In this document: in pieces, positions 39,454-49,577 of the stretch | Position numbering within the stretch: the first letter of the stretch is position 1 | Layout of the letters: each line of letters starts with the position of its first letter | Origin: Gemmatimonadota bacterium | GTDB lineage: Bacteria > Gemmatimonadota > Gemmatimonadetes > Gemmatimonadales > GWC2-71-9 | Assembly (NCBI GenBank): GCA_036679605.1 | Contig: JAZDCZ010000419.1 | Location: 32,001 to 96,000, forward strand | Direction: 5' to 3' | DNA: 64,000 bases | Notes under the pieces: model-generated | Database searches by the model: none | Told to the model about the DNA's origin: nothing | Seen by the model: only the letters and a program-made list of their open reading frames with translations | Position numbers and translations under genes: made by a program

Positions 39454-39614
39454 AAACTGCGGAATGGTTATGCACTTCGTGCGGCAGTACCAATCGCAGA
39501 TTGGTGCCGGATGATGTGTCCAAAACGGAAGATCGTTGCGTTAGCTGCCGCAAGCGGCATGTCCTTGAAGAGGACGACCGACCGGTTCGCTGGCGCTCGA
39601 CAGCGAAGTCATGA
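39450..39614 (+). CDS. 54-aa CxxC-x18-CxxC zinc-ribbon-like microprotein
   Basis: Hand translation [58 protein letters not shown] overlaps with both the ruvA stop and the ruvB start. Confidence 0.8.
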   Translation: MKTAEWLCTSCGSTNRRLVPDDVSKTEDRCVSCRKRHVLEEDDRPVRWRSTAKS

Positions 39615-40657
39615 CCCGACCGGAAATCACGACACCTGAGGCGTTGCCGGACGAGTCGTCCACCGAGATGTCACTTCGTCCTTCCCGACTTACGGAGTTC
39701 GTGGGCCAAAGTCACGTCAAGGAGAATCTACAGATCGCGATCGACGCCGCGAAGCAGCGAGGCGACCCACTGGACCACGCGCTCTTCTTTGGCCCACCGG
39801 GACTCGGGAAGACCACTCTCGCGATGCTCGTGGCACGCGAGATGGCGGTCAATATTCGCACCACTAGTGGACCGGTGCTTGAAAAATCTGGAGACCTGGT
39901 CGGCTTGCTCACGACGCTGCAGCGCGGAGACGTTCTCTTCATCGACGAAATCCATAGACTCAGACCCGTGCTTGAGGAATTTCTCTACCCTGCAATGGAG
40001 GACTACAGAGTCGATGTTCGCATCGCCGACGGACCGAATGCACAAACCATCCCGATGGACATCGAGCCGTTTACGCTCATCGGAGCATCCACTCGCTTCG
40101 GAATGCTGACACCCCCCATGCGAGCGCGGTTCGGTCTGGTCGAACGGCTGGGATATTATCCGGTTGACGACCTCTGCACGATTGTCACACGCTCGGCCAA
40201 GATCCTCGATATCGATATCGAACTCGACGGTGCCCAGGAAATCGCCAAGCGAAGCCGCGGTACTCCACGCGTATCGAACCGCCTCTTGCGGCGGGTCCGG
40301 GACTATGCGCAAGTGAGAGCCGACGGACTCATCACAAGCGACGTGGCAAGGGCCGCGCTTCAGCGATTGAACGTAGACGAATACGGCCTCGACGATATGG
40401 ACGGACGGATTCTCAAGGCGATCATCGAGAACTTCGATGGAGGACCCGTCGGCGTAAATACCCTCGCCGTGGCAGTTGGTGAAGACGCGGAAACCATCGA
40501 AGAGGTCTACGAACCATTCCTTATCCAGCAGGGCTTCCTCCAGCGAACACCCCGTGGTCGCATGGCAACTCCGTCCGCCTACCGACATTTTGGCTATCCT
40601 GCACCAGACGCGGGCAGATCTCAAGCAAGCCTCTTCAGCGATGGAGCGAGTGCCTAG
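39611..40657 (+). CDS. ruvB: Holliday junction branch-migration ATPase RuvB
   Basis: [37 protein letters not shown]. Confidence 0.99.
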   Translation: MTRPEITTPEALPDESSTEMSLRPSRLTEFVGQSHVKENLQIAIDAAKQRGDPLDHALFFGPPGLGKTTLAMLVAREMAVNIRTTSGPVLEKSGDLVGLLTTLQRGDVLFIDEIHRLRPVLEEFLYPAMEDYRVDVRIADGPNAQTIPMDIEPFTLIGASTRFGMLTPPMRARFGLVERLGYYPVDDLCTIVTRSAKILDIDIELDGAQEIAKRSRGTPRVSNRLLRRVRDYAQVRADGLITSDVARAALQRLNVDEYGLDDMDGRILKAIIENFDGGPVGVNTLAVAVGEDAETIEEVYEPFLIQQGFLQRTPRGRMATPSAYRHFGYPAPDAGRSQASLFSDGASA

Positions 40658-41684
40658 TCGCTACCTAGCGTCCGACTTCGAGTTCGAGTTCCCAGACGAG
40701 GCCGTTGCTCAACAACCCCTTCCAAACAGGGCCGACAGCCGCCTGCTAATACTTCGGAGGAATTCAGGGAACATCGAACACCGCACTTTTCGTGGGATTG
40801 CCGATCTTCTGAAGCCCGGTGACGTCCTGGTAATCAACGTGAGCCGCGTGATGCCCGCTCGGCTCAAGGGCGTCCGCAGCAACGGAAGAGAAGCCGAAAT
40901 CCTTCTGGTGCACGAAGATTCCGACGGCACTTGGCTGGCAATGGCCCACCCGGGTGGGAAGCTGAAGGCTGGACGTACGGTCCGTTTTGGTGACGATGTC
41001 GTTGCCGAAATCCTGGAGGTTCTCGGAGGCGGCCTCAGGAGAATTCGAATGACCGGTAGTCTGCAGCCGCACGAAATAATGGAGCGATATGGCAGCGTGC
41101 CTCTGCCACCCTACATCCGACGTGAGCCCAACTCGACCGACAAGGAGCGCTACCAGACAGTGTTCGCGCAAGCAACTGGAAGTGTCGCAGCGCCCACCGC
41201 GGGACTCCACTTCACAAAGCAAACTCTTTCAGACCTACGCACAAAACGGGTCGAGATAGCCGAGATCGTGTTGCACGTGGGTCCTGGCACTTTCAAACCC
41301 GTAGCGGTGGACGATCCCGCCGACCACGTAATGCATGCGGAGTGGTACTCAATTTCACCCGAGACAGCGGCATCGGTTACACGCGCCCGGGAGCGTGGAG
41401 GCCGGGTATGGGCAGTGGGATCTACTTCGACTCGCGTGCTGGAAACCGCATGGGACGGTGAAAAGCTATGTGGGGGGTCGGGATGGACCGACCTATTCAT
41501 CTACCCACCCTATAGCTTCAAGGCGGTGGACGCTATGCTCACCAACTTTCATCTGCCGCGCTCGACACTCCTCATGTTGGTTGCCGCGTTCGCCGGCTAC
41601 GATCATACCATGCGGGCGTACCAACAGGCTGTGGCATCGAGATATCGTCTGTACAGCTACGGCGATGCAATGGCGATCGTTTGA
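40641..41684 (+). CDS. queA: SAM:tRNA ribosyltransferase-isomerase QueA
   Basis: [43 protein letters not shown]. Confidence 0.97.
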   Translation: MERVPSRYLASDFEFEFPDEAVAQQPLPNRADSRLLILRRNSGNIEHRTFRGIADLLKPGDVLVINVSRVMPARLKGVRSNGREAEILLVHEDSDGTWLAMAHPGGKLKAGRTVRFGDDVVAEILEVLGGGLRRIRMTGSLQPHEIMERYGSVPLPPYIRREPNSTDKERYQTVFAQATGSVAAPTAGLHFTKQTLSDLRTKRVEIAEIVLHVGPGTFKPVAVDDPADHVMHAEWYSISPETAASVTRARERGGRVWAVGSTSTRVLETAWDGEKLCGGSGWTDLFIYPPYSFKAVDAMLTNFHLPRSTLLMLVAAFAGYDHTMRAYQQAVASRYRLYSYGDAMAIV

Positions 41685-42820
41685 GACACTTCGAGTACAA
41701 AGTTGACTCCGTGTCCGGTTTGGCACGTGTCGGTCGCCTTCGCCTGCCTCACGGCGAAGTGGAGACGCCGGCATTCATGCCGGTGGGAACCCAAGGGACG
41801 GTCCGGACCCTCTCGCCACTGGATCTCAAGGCGATTGGAGCCAAGGTAGTGCTAGGCAACACCTACCATCTACACGTTCGACCGGGTGAAGAAATCGTTG
41901 CCCACTTGGGAGGGCTCCACAAGTTCATGGCTTGGCCCGGATCGTTGCTGACCGATTCCGGGGGCTTCCAAGTATTTTCGTTGAAACGATCTCGCCGAGT
42001 GGATGACGAAGGTGTCGAGTTCCAGTCACACGTCGACGGACAGCGGCGTAGACTCACTCCCGAAAGCACCGTGGAAATCCAATGGGCACTGGGATCGGAT
42101 GTCGCCATGGCATTCGATCATGTCGTGCCAGGAGACGCGGATCGATCTACGGCAGCTGACGCGCTGGACAGAACATCTCGTTGGCTGGATCGCTGCAGAA
42201 CCCGTCACCGGGACATCTCCCGGGACAGCCCCGACAGGCAGACCCTATGGCCAATCGTCCAGGGCGGAATGTATCATGATCTTAGGCGCCAATCTCTACA
42301 GCAGATCGTCGACCACGGCGATTGGACGGGATTGGCTGTGGGAGGCTTGGCCGTGGGCGAGTCCAAGTCTGCCATGTACGCTGTACTGGATCAGCTCGCC
42401 CCATCGTTGCCGAACTCGGTTCCTCATTATCTTATGGGCGTCGGGTTCCCGGAGGATCTGCTGCGGTGCATCGCACGAGGTTTCGATCTCTTCGACTGCG
42501 TGGCACCGACGCGGATCGGGCGCAACGGCACCGCGTACACACCTGATGGGCCGCTCAATATTCGGAATGCTGCTTGTCGGAGAGACCCGGGCCCTCTAGT
42601 GGAGTCATGTGACTGCGAAACCTGCACCACATATAGTAGAGCATACTTGAGGCATCTATTTGCCGCAGATGAACTTCTCGGACTAAGACTCATGTCGTTG
42701 CACAACATTCGGTTCCTCATCGGCATCGCGGAGGAGGCTCGACAGCAGATAAAGGTTGGCCAGTTCGACAAGTGGAGTAATGATTGGATCACTCGATACA
42801 ACTCAAGAGGAGCGCTGTGA
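41681..42820 (+). CDS. tgt: tRNA-guanine transglycosylase
   Basis: TPAFMPVGT, NTYHL, TDSGGFQVFSL, CDCETC...HN. Confidence 0.98.
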   Translation: MRHFEYKVDSVSGLARVGRLRLPHGEVETPAFMPVGTQGTVRTLSPLDLKAIGAKVVLGNTYHLHVRPGEEIVAHLGGLHKFMAWPGSLLTDSGGFQVFSLKRSRRVDDEGVEFQSHVDGQRRRLTPESTVEIQWALGSDVAMAFDHVVPGDADRSTAADALDRTSRWLDRCRTRHRDISRDSPDRQTLWPIVQGGMYHDLRRQSLQQIVDHGDWTGLAVGGLAVGESKSAMYAVLDQLAPSLPNSVPHYLMGVGFPEDLLRCIARGFDLFDCVAPTRIGRNGTAYTPDGPLNIRNAACRRDPGPLVESCDCETCTTYSRAYLRHLFAADELLGLRLMSLHNIRFLIGIAEEARQQIKVGQFDKWSNDWITRYNSRGAL

Positions 42821-43149
42821 GATTGGAAACTCTTTTTTTGTTTGCCCCTCCAGGTCAGACATCGGGCAGTGGAATGGCAATTTTTCTGTTCCAGATGCTG
42901 GCAATCCTGGCCATTTTCTATTTCCTCATCATACGCCCCAAGGTGCAACAGGAGAAGAGACATAAAGAACGCCTGGAGCAGATCAAGAGAGGTGACGAGA
43001 TAGTAACATCTGGTGGGATCATAGCTGAGGTGGTGCGAATCAAGGAGGACAGAATCACCGTTAAGAGCGGCGAGAGTCGCTTCGTGATTCAACGTGATAG
43101 AGTGGCTGAAGTCCGATCCCCCGGCAAAAGTTCCGAAACCACTAGCTAG
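42817..43149 (+). CDS. yajC: Preprotein translocase subunit YajC
   Basis: FYFLIIRP, GDEIVTSGGI; follows tgt. Confidence 0.95.
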   Translation: MRLETLFLFAPPGQTSGSGMAIFLFQMLAILAIFYFLIIRPKVQQEKRHKERLEQIKRGDEIVTSGGIIAEVVRIKEDRITVKSGESRFVIQRDRVAEVRSPGKSSETTS

Positions 43150-43685
43150 TGACACTCTTACCCATACACCTCCTAGGATCCCCCGTCCTACGGCAGAGGG
43201 CAGACGAGGTTGGGACCGTGGACACGGACGTAGAGCAGTTGGTCCAAGATCTGTTCGACACGATGTATGGGGACAGCGGGGTGGGCCTGGCCGCGAATCA
43301 GGTCGCGATCGTACGGCGCGTTGCGGTAGTACACGCGGAAAACGAACCTCCGCTAGCGCTGATCGACCCGGTAATTCTCGAACGCGCCGGCAAGACTCGC
43401 GAGGAAGAGGGGTGCCTTTCCATTCCCGAGATTTACGCAGACCTCGATCGGGCAGAGAGCATCCTCGTCGAGACGACGACTCTCGACGGAACGCGTATAC
43501 AGCTGCGCGCTGTCGACTTGCAGGCTCGAGTCATCCAGCACGAGATAGATCATCTTGATGGAATTCTCTTCATCGATCACCTGAGTCCGCTCAAGCGACG
43601 CATGTTACTCAAGAAATGGAAGAAACTGCGGAAGGGTGAGTCAGGTTATATCAAGGAACTATCATCCGTAAAGGCCGAAGATTGA
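43149..43685 (+). CDS. def: Peptide deformylase
   Basis: GVGLAANQ, EGCLS, QHEIDHLDG. Confidence 0.98.
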   Translation: MTLLPIHLLGSPVLRQRADEVGTVDTDVEQLVQDLFDTMYGDSGVGLAANQVAIVRRVAVVHAENEPPLALIDPVILERAGKTREEEGCLSIPEIYADLDRAESILVETTTLDGTRIQLRAVDLQARVIQHEIDHLDGILFIDHLSPLKRRMLLKKWKKLRKGESGYIKELSSVKAED

Positions 43686-44617
43686 GTTTACGTCTCGCTT
43701 TCTTCGGAACACCGGACTTTGCGGTACCCAGCCTGCGAGCGCTGATTGAAGAGGGTTTCGACGTGGTCACAGTGGTCACGCAACCAGATCGAGCAAAGGG
43801 ACGCCACCGTTCAGACCCTGTCCCCCCTCCTATCAAGATTGCCGCCTTGGAAGACGGTCTCGAGCTGCTCCAACCGGAACAGCCGAACTCCGATGAATTC
43901 GCTGCCGAATTGCGTGTTCTCGAGCCCGACCTCGGCGTGGTGGCAGGATACGGTCACATATTTAAGCCACATATGCTGACTCTCCCAAGACGAGGAATGA
44001 TCAACGTTCACGCTTCGCTCCTCCCGTCCCTCCGTGGTGCTGCCCCAATAGAACATGCGATTATTCAGGGACTCGAAGAGACGGGGGTGTCGATAATGGA
44101 GCTGGCAATGGGGCTCGACTCAGGCCGGATCATACACCAGGTAGCGACACCGATAGCTCCCGATGAGACAGGAGGGGAGCTGACTGCCAGATTAGCCGAG
44201 CTAGGGGCACTCGCCTTGATCGAGGCAATGACTCTCATTGCGACGGGAGCTGACGAAAGAACTCCACAGGACGAATCGCTCGTCACCCACGCACCTAAGC
44301 TCGCGCACGAAAGCGCGCGGATCAGATGGGATCAGCCGGCAAACGACATCGCTCACCTCGTACGGGCACTCGACCCCCGAATCGGAGCGTGGACGTCGCT
44401 GGACGGTAGGGGCCTAAAACTCTTCGGACCTCAATTGGTTATAGCGGGATTGGAAAACTCAGGCACAGGGGAAGTAGTCAACATCGATCCTTTAACCGTG
44501 TCCACCGGATCCGGATTGATCGAGTTTGCCGAAGTTCAGCCGACGGGGCGAAAGAGAATGCTTGCCACAGATTGGCTTCGGGGCAGTACCGCCACTGTCG
44601 GCGATCGATTCGAGTGA
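43682..44617 (+). CDS. fmt: Methionyl-tRNA formyltransferase
   Basis: FFGTPDFA, VVTQPD, INVHASLLP.LRGAAPI. Confidence 0.97.
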   Translation: MSLRLAFFGTPDFAVPSLRALIEEGFDVVTVVTQPDRAKGRHRSDPVPPPIKIAALEDGLELLQPEQPNSDEFAAELRVLEPDLGVVAGYGHIFKPHMLTLPRRGMINVHASLLPSLRGAAPIEHAIIQGLEETGVSIMELAMGLDSGRIIHQVATPIAPDETGGELTARLAELGALALIEAMTLIATGADERTPQDESLVTHAPKLAHESARIRWDQPANDIAHLVRALDPRIGAWTSLDGRGLKLFGPQLVIAGLENSGTGEVVNIDPLTVSTGSGLIEFAEVQPTGRKRMLATDWLRGSTATVGDRFE

Positions 44618-45222
44618 TTCCCTCGCCACCGCGATTGCACGCGGTAGCCGATGATCGCGTGCTGGCATTCAGTGATTACACAGCAAGGGTTGCCGAGATC
44701 GCTCGACAGGGCAGCGTCGCTTTGCACGTGCGTTCACGATCCCTCGGGGCACGCGATCTGTCGCACTTGGTCAAGCGCACGGTAGATGCAGCCCGAGGAG
44801 AGTGTGTTCTGGTCAATGACCGCGCGGACGTTGTGCTCACCTTGAAGGTGCACGGCCTGCATCTTCCAGCCACTGGTCTGACCATTGCCGCCGCCCGATC
44901 CATTCTTGGCCCGGAGGTCTGGATCGGCCGCTCAACTCACTCCGCAGCAGAGGCGCGCGGGGCGCTTGATGACGGAGCGGACTACGTATTTCTGGGACCG
45001 ATCTGGAAGACCACGTCACATCCTGAACGCCCCGCTCTCGGCCCTGAGATCCTTCGCCCGCTACGGGGACTCAGGGTAGTTGCAATCGGTGGAATAACCG
45101 CGCAACTAGTCCAGGTGGCCGTAGACGCTGGAGCATGGGGAGTGGCGGCGATATCATCGATATGGGAAGCTGCCGACAGCGGTGCGGTGGTCCAGCGGAT
45201 GCTGCTATCTTTAGTCCCGTGA
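44614..45222 (+). CDS. ThiE-fold protein, possibly TenI-like thiazole tautomerase
   Basis: VNDRAD, GRSTHS, GADYVFLGP..TTSH, AIGG; precedes thiS-thiG. Confidence 0.8.
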   Translation: MIPSPPRLHAVADDRVLAFSDYTARVAEIARQGSVALHVRSRSLGARDLSHLVKRTVDAARGECVLVNDRADVVLTLKVHGLHLPATGLTIAAARSILGPEVWIGRSTHSAAEARGALDDGADYVFLGPIWKTTSHPERPALGPEILRPLRGLRVVAIGGITAQLVQVAVDAGAWGVAAISSIWEAADSGAVVQRMLLSLVP

Positions 45223-45230
45223 GCGAAGGT

Positions 45231-45431
45231 ATGAAGGTTGTCGTCAACGGCGAGGAACGACTCCTCGAGCGTGGAGCCTCGATCCTAGATCTACTCGATC
45301 TGTTGGATCTGAACTCGAGTACCGTAGTGGTCGAACTCAATCGCGAGATCGTACGCCAGCCTGTTCTGGGTGACACACAACTGAACGAAGAGGACTGCAT
45401 TGAGCTGATCCACTTCGTAGGCGGAGGCTAG
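45231..45431 (+). CDS. thiS: Sulfur carrier protein ThiS
   Basis: MKVVVNGE...VELN.EIV...FVGGG C-terminus. Confidence 0.95.
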   Translation: MKVVVNGEERLLERGASILDLLDLLDLNSSTVVVELNREIVRQPVLGDTQLNEEDCIELIHFVGGG

Positions 45432-45444
45432 AAAAGAGAATACG

Positions 45445-46245
45445 ATGACCGGTACGGTTGCCGCACCCACTGAGGCCGTGCTCGAAGTAGGGGGCCGGAA
45501 GTTCCGTTCCCGGCTAATGGTTGGGACAGGGAAATACAGAGACAACAAGACCATGCTACAGACCCTAGAAGCGACCGGCGCAGAGGTCGTAACTGTAGCT
45601 GTGCGGCGAGTTGATCTCGATCGCTCCGCAGAAGATGGCATTCTCAACCATCTAGACCCACAACAGTATTTTCTGCTAGCGAATACTGCCGGATGCTTCA
45701 CGGCCAAAGATGCGGTTCGCTACGCCCGGCTCGCTCGGGAGGCCGGTTTCAACGAATTCATCAAGCTCGAAGTGATCGGAGATCAAGAAACCCTGCTTCC
45801 CGATGCTGACGGGCTGCTCGAAGCAACACGCGTTCTCGTCGCCGAAGGATTCCAGGTCCTGGCATACACCAATGACGATTTGATCACAGCTCTCCGCCTC
45901 GAGGATGCTGGATGCGCAGCCGTCATGCCTCTCGCATCACCTATAGGAAGCGGCCTTGGGCTGATCAATCCCTACAACATCCGCACGATCAAGCATCGTC
46001 TGACTGTTCCGATCATCGTCGATGCTGGGGTTGGCACCGCTTCTGATGCATGTCTAACGATGGAACAAGGAGTAGACGGCATCTTGATGAACACCGCGCT
46101 TGCCAGTGCAGACGACCCAGTCACCATGGGCCGAGCCATGCGGTGCGCCGTTGAGGCAGGTCGGCTCGCCTACCTTGCGGGCCGAATGGCCAAGCGTCAA
46201 ATCGCGGTCCCGTCCAGCCCCACGGGCGGCATGATCGTCCCATAG
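45445..46245 (+). CDS. thiG: Thiazole synthase
   Basis: SRLMVGTGKY, NTAGC, IKLEV, MPLASPIGSG, VDAGVG. Confidence 0.98.
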   Translation: MTGTVAAPTEAVLEVGGRKFRSRLMVGTGKYRDNKTMLQTLEATGAEVVTVAVRRVDLDRSAEDGILNHLDPQQYFLLANTAGCFTAKDAVRYARLAREAGFNEFIKLEVIGDQETLLPDADGLLEATRVLVAEGFQVLAYTNDDLITALRLEDAGCAAVMPLASPIGSGLGLINPYNIRTIKHRLTVPIIVDAGVGTASDACLTMEQGVDGILMNTALASADDPVTMGRAMRCAVEAGRLAYLAGRMAKRQIAVPSSPTGGMIVP

Positions 46246-47510
46246 TGAAAGCAGGAGCCTCCGCCCGAAAGGCGGCGCTGGAGATCTTACGCCGGGTCCG
46301 CAAAGGACATCCGTTCGACACAGCACGCAGAGATCTGGAATTCCTCCCCGATGCCGATCGCCGCCTCGCATACGAAATTGCGGCTGGAGTGCTGCGCCAC
46401 CGCAGTGAACTCGACGGCGGTATACGGCCGCTGGTGCAAGCCAGGTGGCAAAACGTCGAGCCGGATCTGAGGGATCTCCTGAGAATAGGAGCTTACCAGC
46501 TCCGATTTCTGGACCGCGTTCCAGACTACGCGGCTGTCACTGCCACTGTCGAGGCGACTGGTGCTACCAGGGGGCGCAAAGCTGCGGGTCTGGTCAATGC
46601 GGTGCTGCGTCGAGTGGCAGCAACGCCAGCCACGGCAAACGGCAAACCGGCAAGCACGCACCCCGTCGAGCGGCTTGCGGCAGAACACTCTCATCCAGAG
46701 TGGCTCGTCAAGCGCTGGATCAGGCGGTTCGGGGTTAGTAGAACATCCGATCTATTGGAGTACAACAACCGACGACCCCGCACGGTGATCCAACCAGTAG
46801 GCTGGTCCACTGATCAGCTCTGTGAGGCACTTGCTCGAGCCAGAGTCTTGTTCTCTCGGTCTACTCACGGACCCGGGATAGTCGTGCGCAGGACGGCAGT
46901 TCGAGAACTCCCTGGCTACAGCGAGGGAGCATTCATCGTGCAGGATCCCTCGCAAGCACTCTTGCTGGAATTCGCACGAGTGCCACCCAATGCAGTGGTG
47001 TGGGACGCGTGCGCATCACCAGGTGGAAAGGCCGCGATGCTCAGTGTGCGACATCGTGTAGTGGCTTCCGAACTTCACCGCAGTAGACTGGACCGGCTTC
47101 GGGACACACTGACCAGGGTGGCACCGGCAACCACTGTAATACTTGCAGACGCTCGGTGGACACCGATCAACATCGCCAAAATCGACGTCACGCTCGTCGA
47201 TACACCATGCACGGCGACGGGTACGCTCGCACGACATCCAGACGGTCGATGGAAGCTTTCGGAAGACAACATTGTTCGCATGGCCAAACGACAGTCTGAG
47301 ATACTGGATGGGGCCAGTCAGTCAGTCAATCTTAATAAGTTACTGGTATACCTCACCTGCTCGCTTGAGCCGGAGGAGAACGAACAACAGGTGGATCGAT
47401 TCCTCGAGCGGCATCCCACATTCGAACGAGACGGCAGCGACTACTTTCTCTTTCCTCCCGACAGCGGGACCGACGGCGGATACGCTGCGCGGCTCAGACG
47501 GTTCCGATGA
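46245..47510 (+). CDS. rsmB: 16S rRNA m5C methyltransferase RsmB/Sun
   Basis: NusB-like N-terminus, HPEWL, DACASPGGK, DTPCTATG, TCSLEPEEN. Confidence 0.93.
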   Translation: MKAGASARKAALEILRRVRKGHPFDTARRDLEFLPDADRRLAYEIAAGVLRHRSELDGGIRPLVQARWQNVEPDLRDLLRIGAYQLRFLDRVPDYAAVTATVEATGATRGRKAAGLVNAVLRRVAATPATANGKPASTHPVERLAAEHSHPEWLVKRWIRRFGVSRTSDLLEYNNRRPRTVIQPVGWSTDQLCEALARARVLFSRSTHGPGIVVRRTAVRELPGYSEGAFIVQDPSQALLLEFARVPPNAVVWDACASPGGKAAMLSVRHRVVASELHRSRLDRLRDTLTRVAPATTVILADARWTPINIAKIDVTLVDTPCTATGTLARHPDGRWKLSEDNIVRMAKRQSEILDGASQSVNLNKLLVYLTCSLEPEENEQQVDRFLERHPTFERDGSDYFLFPPDSGTDGGYAARLRRFR

Positions 47511-48322
47511 GATTCCGCCGGCACCGGCCGGCCGGTACCTTCGGCAGGGTGCTGCGTTCGGCAGTCACTAGAGTAACCGGGCTAGTCGACACACGAGGTT
47601 CCAAGCGGAGACGACTTGTTCTTGCGGCGATAGTTTTTCTGACTCCGTTCTTGCTGGGCTACGCGCTGGCGGCAGCTGTGCTCTTCCCAGCACCGTTTCT
47701 CGCAAATTCCCAACCCGTGCCCAGGATCTTGGGCCTCGCCGCAGATGACGCGCGGGCGACGCTGCAGGACAGGGGGCTGGTTTCCAATCAGACGGACGCC
47801 ATCAGTCACCCGACTGCACCACGGGGTGAAGTAGTGTGGCAGGATCCGCCACCGGGCGTCGATGTGCAGCAGGGTACCGCCATCACTTTCTCCGCCAGCC
47901 GGGGGCCTCAGCCCGTCCCCGTGCCCGATGTTGCTGGATACGACCAGGCGACCGCCCAAAGACTGGTCACAGCAGCCGGACTGGAAATCGCCAATATCGT
48001 TTCGAGCCAAGCTCCCGTGCCAAGAGGGATCGTGGTCAACTCGCGACCTCCCGCCGGGGTTACTTTGGTGCCGGGTTCTGGCGTTATTCTTTTTGTAAGC
48101 GTGGGCGCGCCCACGATCTCCGTGCCAGACCTGACTGGCCTTACATTAGAAGAGGCTCGCAAGGTACTTGAGGATGCTGGACTGACCCTCGGGTCGACTC
48201 CGACAAGACTAAGCCAGGACGGAGCACCCGGAACTGTCTTGGAGCAGGAGCCTGGTGCAGGCACAATGAGCGCCCCAGGCTTTGCGGTAGACCTCATCAT
48301 TAGGCGGGAAAGCAATGAGTAG
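47507..48322 (+). CDS. Membrane-anchored triple PASTA-domain protein
   Basis: Basic N-terminus, one TM helix, three VP(R/D)..G repeats with Q.P..G; no kinase domain. Confidence 0.88.
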   Translation: MRFRRHRPAGTFGRVLRSAVTRVTGLVDTRGSKRRRLVLAAIVFLTPFLLGYALAAAVLFPAPFLANSQPVPRILGLAADDARATLQDRGLVSNQTDAISHPTAPRGEVVWQDPPPGVDVQQGTAITFSASRGPQPVPVPDVAGYDQATAQRLVTAAGLEIANIVSSQAPVPRGIVVNSRPPAGVTLVPGSGVILFVSVGAPTISVPDLTGLTLEEARKVLEDAGLTLGSTPTRLSQDGAPGTVLEQEPGAGTMSAPGFAVDLIIRRESNE

Positions 48323-48986
48323 CGAATTCGTCATAGCACCAAGTGTCCTGAGTGCCGATTTGGCCAGACTTTCAGATGACATCGCCACGGTGGAGGCGGG
48401 GGGTGCCGACTGGATTCACGTGGACGTGATGGATGGCCACTTCGTACCCAATCTTACCTTTGGCGCGGATCTGATTGCTGCGCTGCGAAGAATCACGGAG
48501 TTGCCTCTCGACGTTCACCTCATGGTCGAGCGACCTGAGTGGTATATAGCGCCGTTTGCAGAGGCAGGTGCGTCCATTTTTACCTTTCATCCTGAAACGA
48601 CCGCTCACTCCCAGCGGCAGCTGCAACAGATAAGGGCGTGCGGCATGATGGCGGGGCTCGCGCTCAACCCGGGCACGCCGCTCAGCTATGCAGAGGAACT
48701 AGTCGAGGACATTGATTTATTATTGATCATGACAGTCAATCCGGGGTTTTCAGCTCAGAACTACATCCCGACATCCACGATGAAGATCGCTAGGGCGCGG
48801 CAGCTGCTTGATGAAAGGGGCAGTGGGGCCCGCCTGGAGGTAGACGGCGGCATTTCTCGTGATACTATTGCAGAGACAAGGCACGCTGGGGCCAACACGT
48901 TTGCAGCTGGATCAGCGATATTTGGGGCGGACGATGTAGGGGCGGAAATCAAGGAACTTCGTAAGAGATGCTATACGGTGGTGTGA
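48315..48986 (+). CDS. rpe: Ribulose-phosphate 3-epimerase
   Basis: IAPSVLSAD, HVDVMDGHFVPNLTFG, DVHLM, MTVNPGF, VDGG. Confidence 0.98.
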   Translation: MSSEFVIAPSVLSADLARLSDDIATVEAGGADWIHVDVMDGHFVPNLTFGADLIAALRRITELPLDVHLMVERPEWYIAPFAEAGASIFTFHPETTAHSQRQLQQIRACGMMAGLALNPGTPLSYAEELVEDIDLLLIMTVNPGFSAQNYIPTSTMKIARARQLLDERGSGARLEVDGGISRDTIAETRHAGANTFAAGSAIFGADDVGAEIKELRKRCYTVV

Positions 48987-48989
48987 ACT

Positions 48990-49577
48990 ATGGCCAATAG
49001 AGGACAATGGATCGCGGTTGGTGGCATTCTTACTTTGTTGTCGGCGGCGATCGGTGCGGGCATGGCGCTTTCGCCCGACATTCGACCGGTTGGACCTGGC
49101 GCCAAAGCGCCCAATTTCAGCGCAGCGGACCTCGTGACCGGCGATACGGTGCAGCTCTCCGACTACAAAGGCGAGGTCGTTCTGCTGAATATTTGGGCCA
49201 CGTGGTGCGGCCCTTGCGAGGTCGAAATGCCTGCAATCCAGCGCCTCCACGAGGCGCTGGCCCCCAAAGGGCTCAAGATCTTGGCAGTAAGCGTCGATGA
49301 AACTACGCCCGGCGAGGTCAGAGAATGGGTGGAGAAGAGAGGACTAACCTTCGACGTTCTTCATAACCGTAGCGGACAACTGGAGCGCCTCTACCAGACC
49401 ACGGGCTTGCCCGAAACTTTCGTAATCGACCGACAGGGAGTGATCGTAAAGAAGGATATCGGGGCCCGCAAGTGGGACAGCGCCGCTCAGTCTGCAATAC
49501 TCAGGAGACTTCTGGGCGTCGACCCTGTTCGGGAAGTCGATTCCGAGCAGTTGCCGTCGGATGCCGAAACTCCCTGA
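48990..49577 (+). CDS. TlpA/ResA-like thiol-disulfide oxidoreductase
   Basis: N-terminal TM helix, NIWATWCGPC..EMP, GLPETF. Confidence 0.93.
   Translation: MANRGQWIAVGGILTLLSAAIGAGMALSPDIRPVGPGAKAPNFSAADLVTGDTVQLSDYKGEVVLLNIWATWCGPCEVEMPAIQRLHEALAPKGLKILAVSVDETTPGEVREWVEKRGLTFDVLHNRSGQLERLYQTTGLPETFVIDRQGVIVKKDIGARKWDSAAQSAILRRLLGVDPVREVDSEQLPSDAETP

Noticed and set aside
39728..40624. 298-aa antisense ORF over ruvB, and similar long antisense ORFs elsewhere
   Set aside because: Such ORFs are expected from codon bias in GC-rich genes, and they carry no recognisable motifs.
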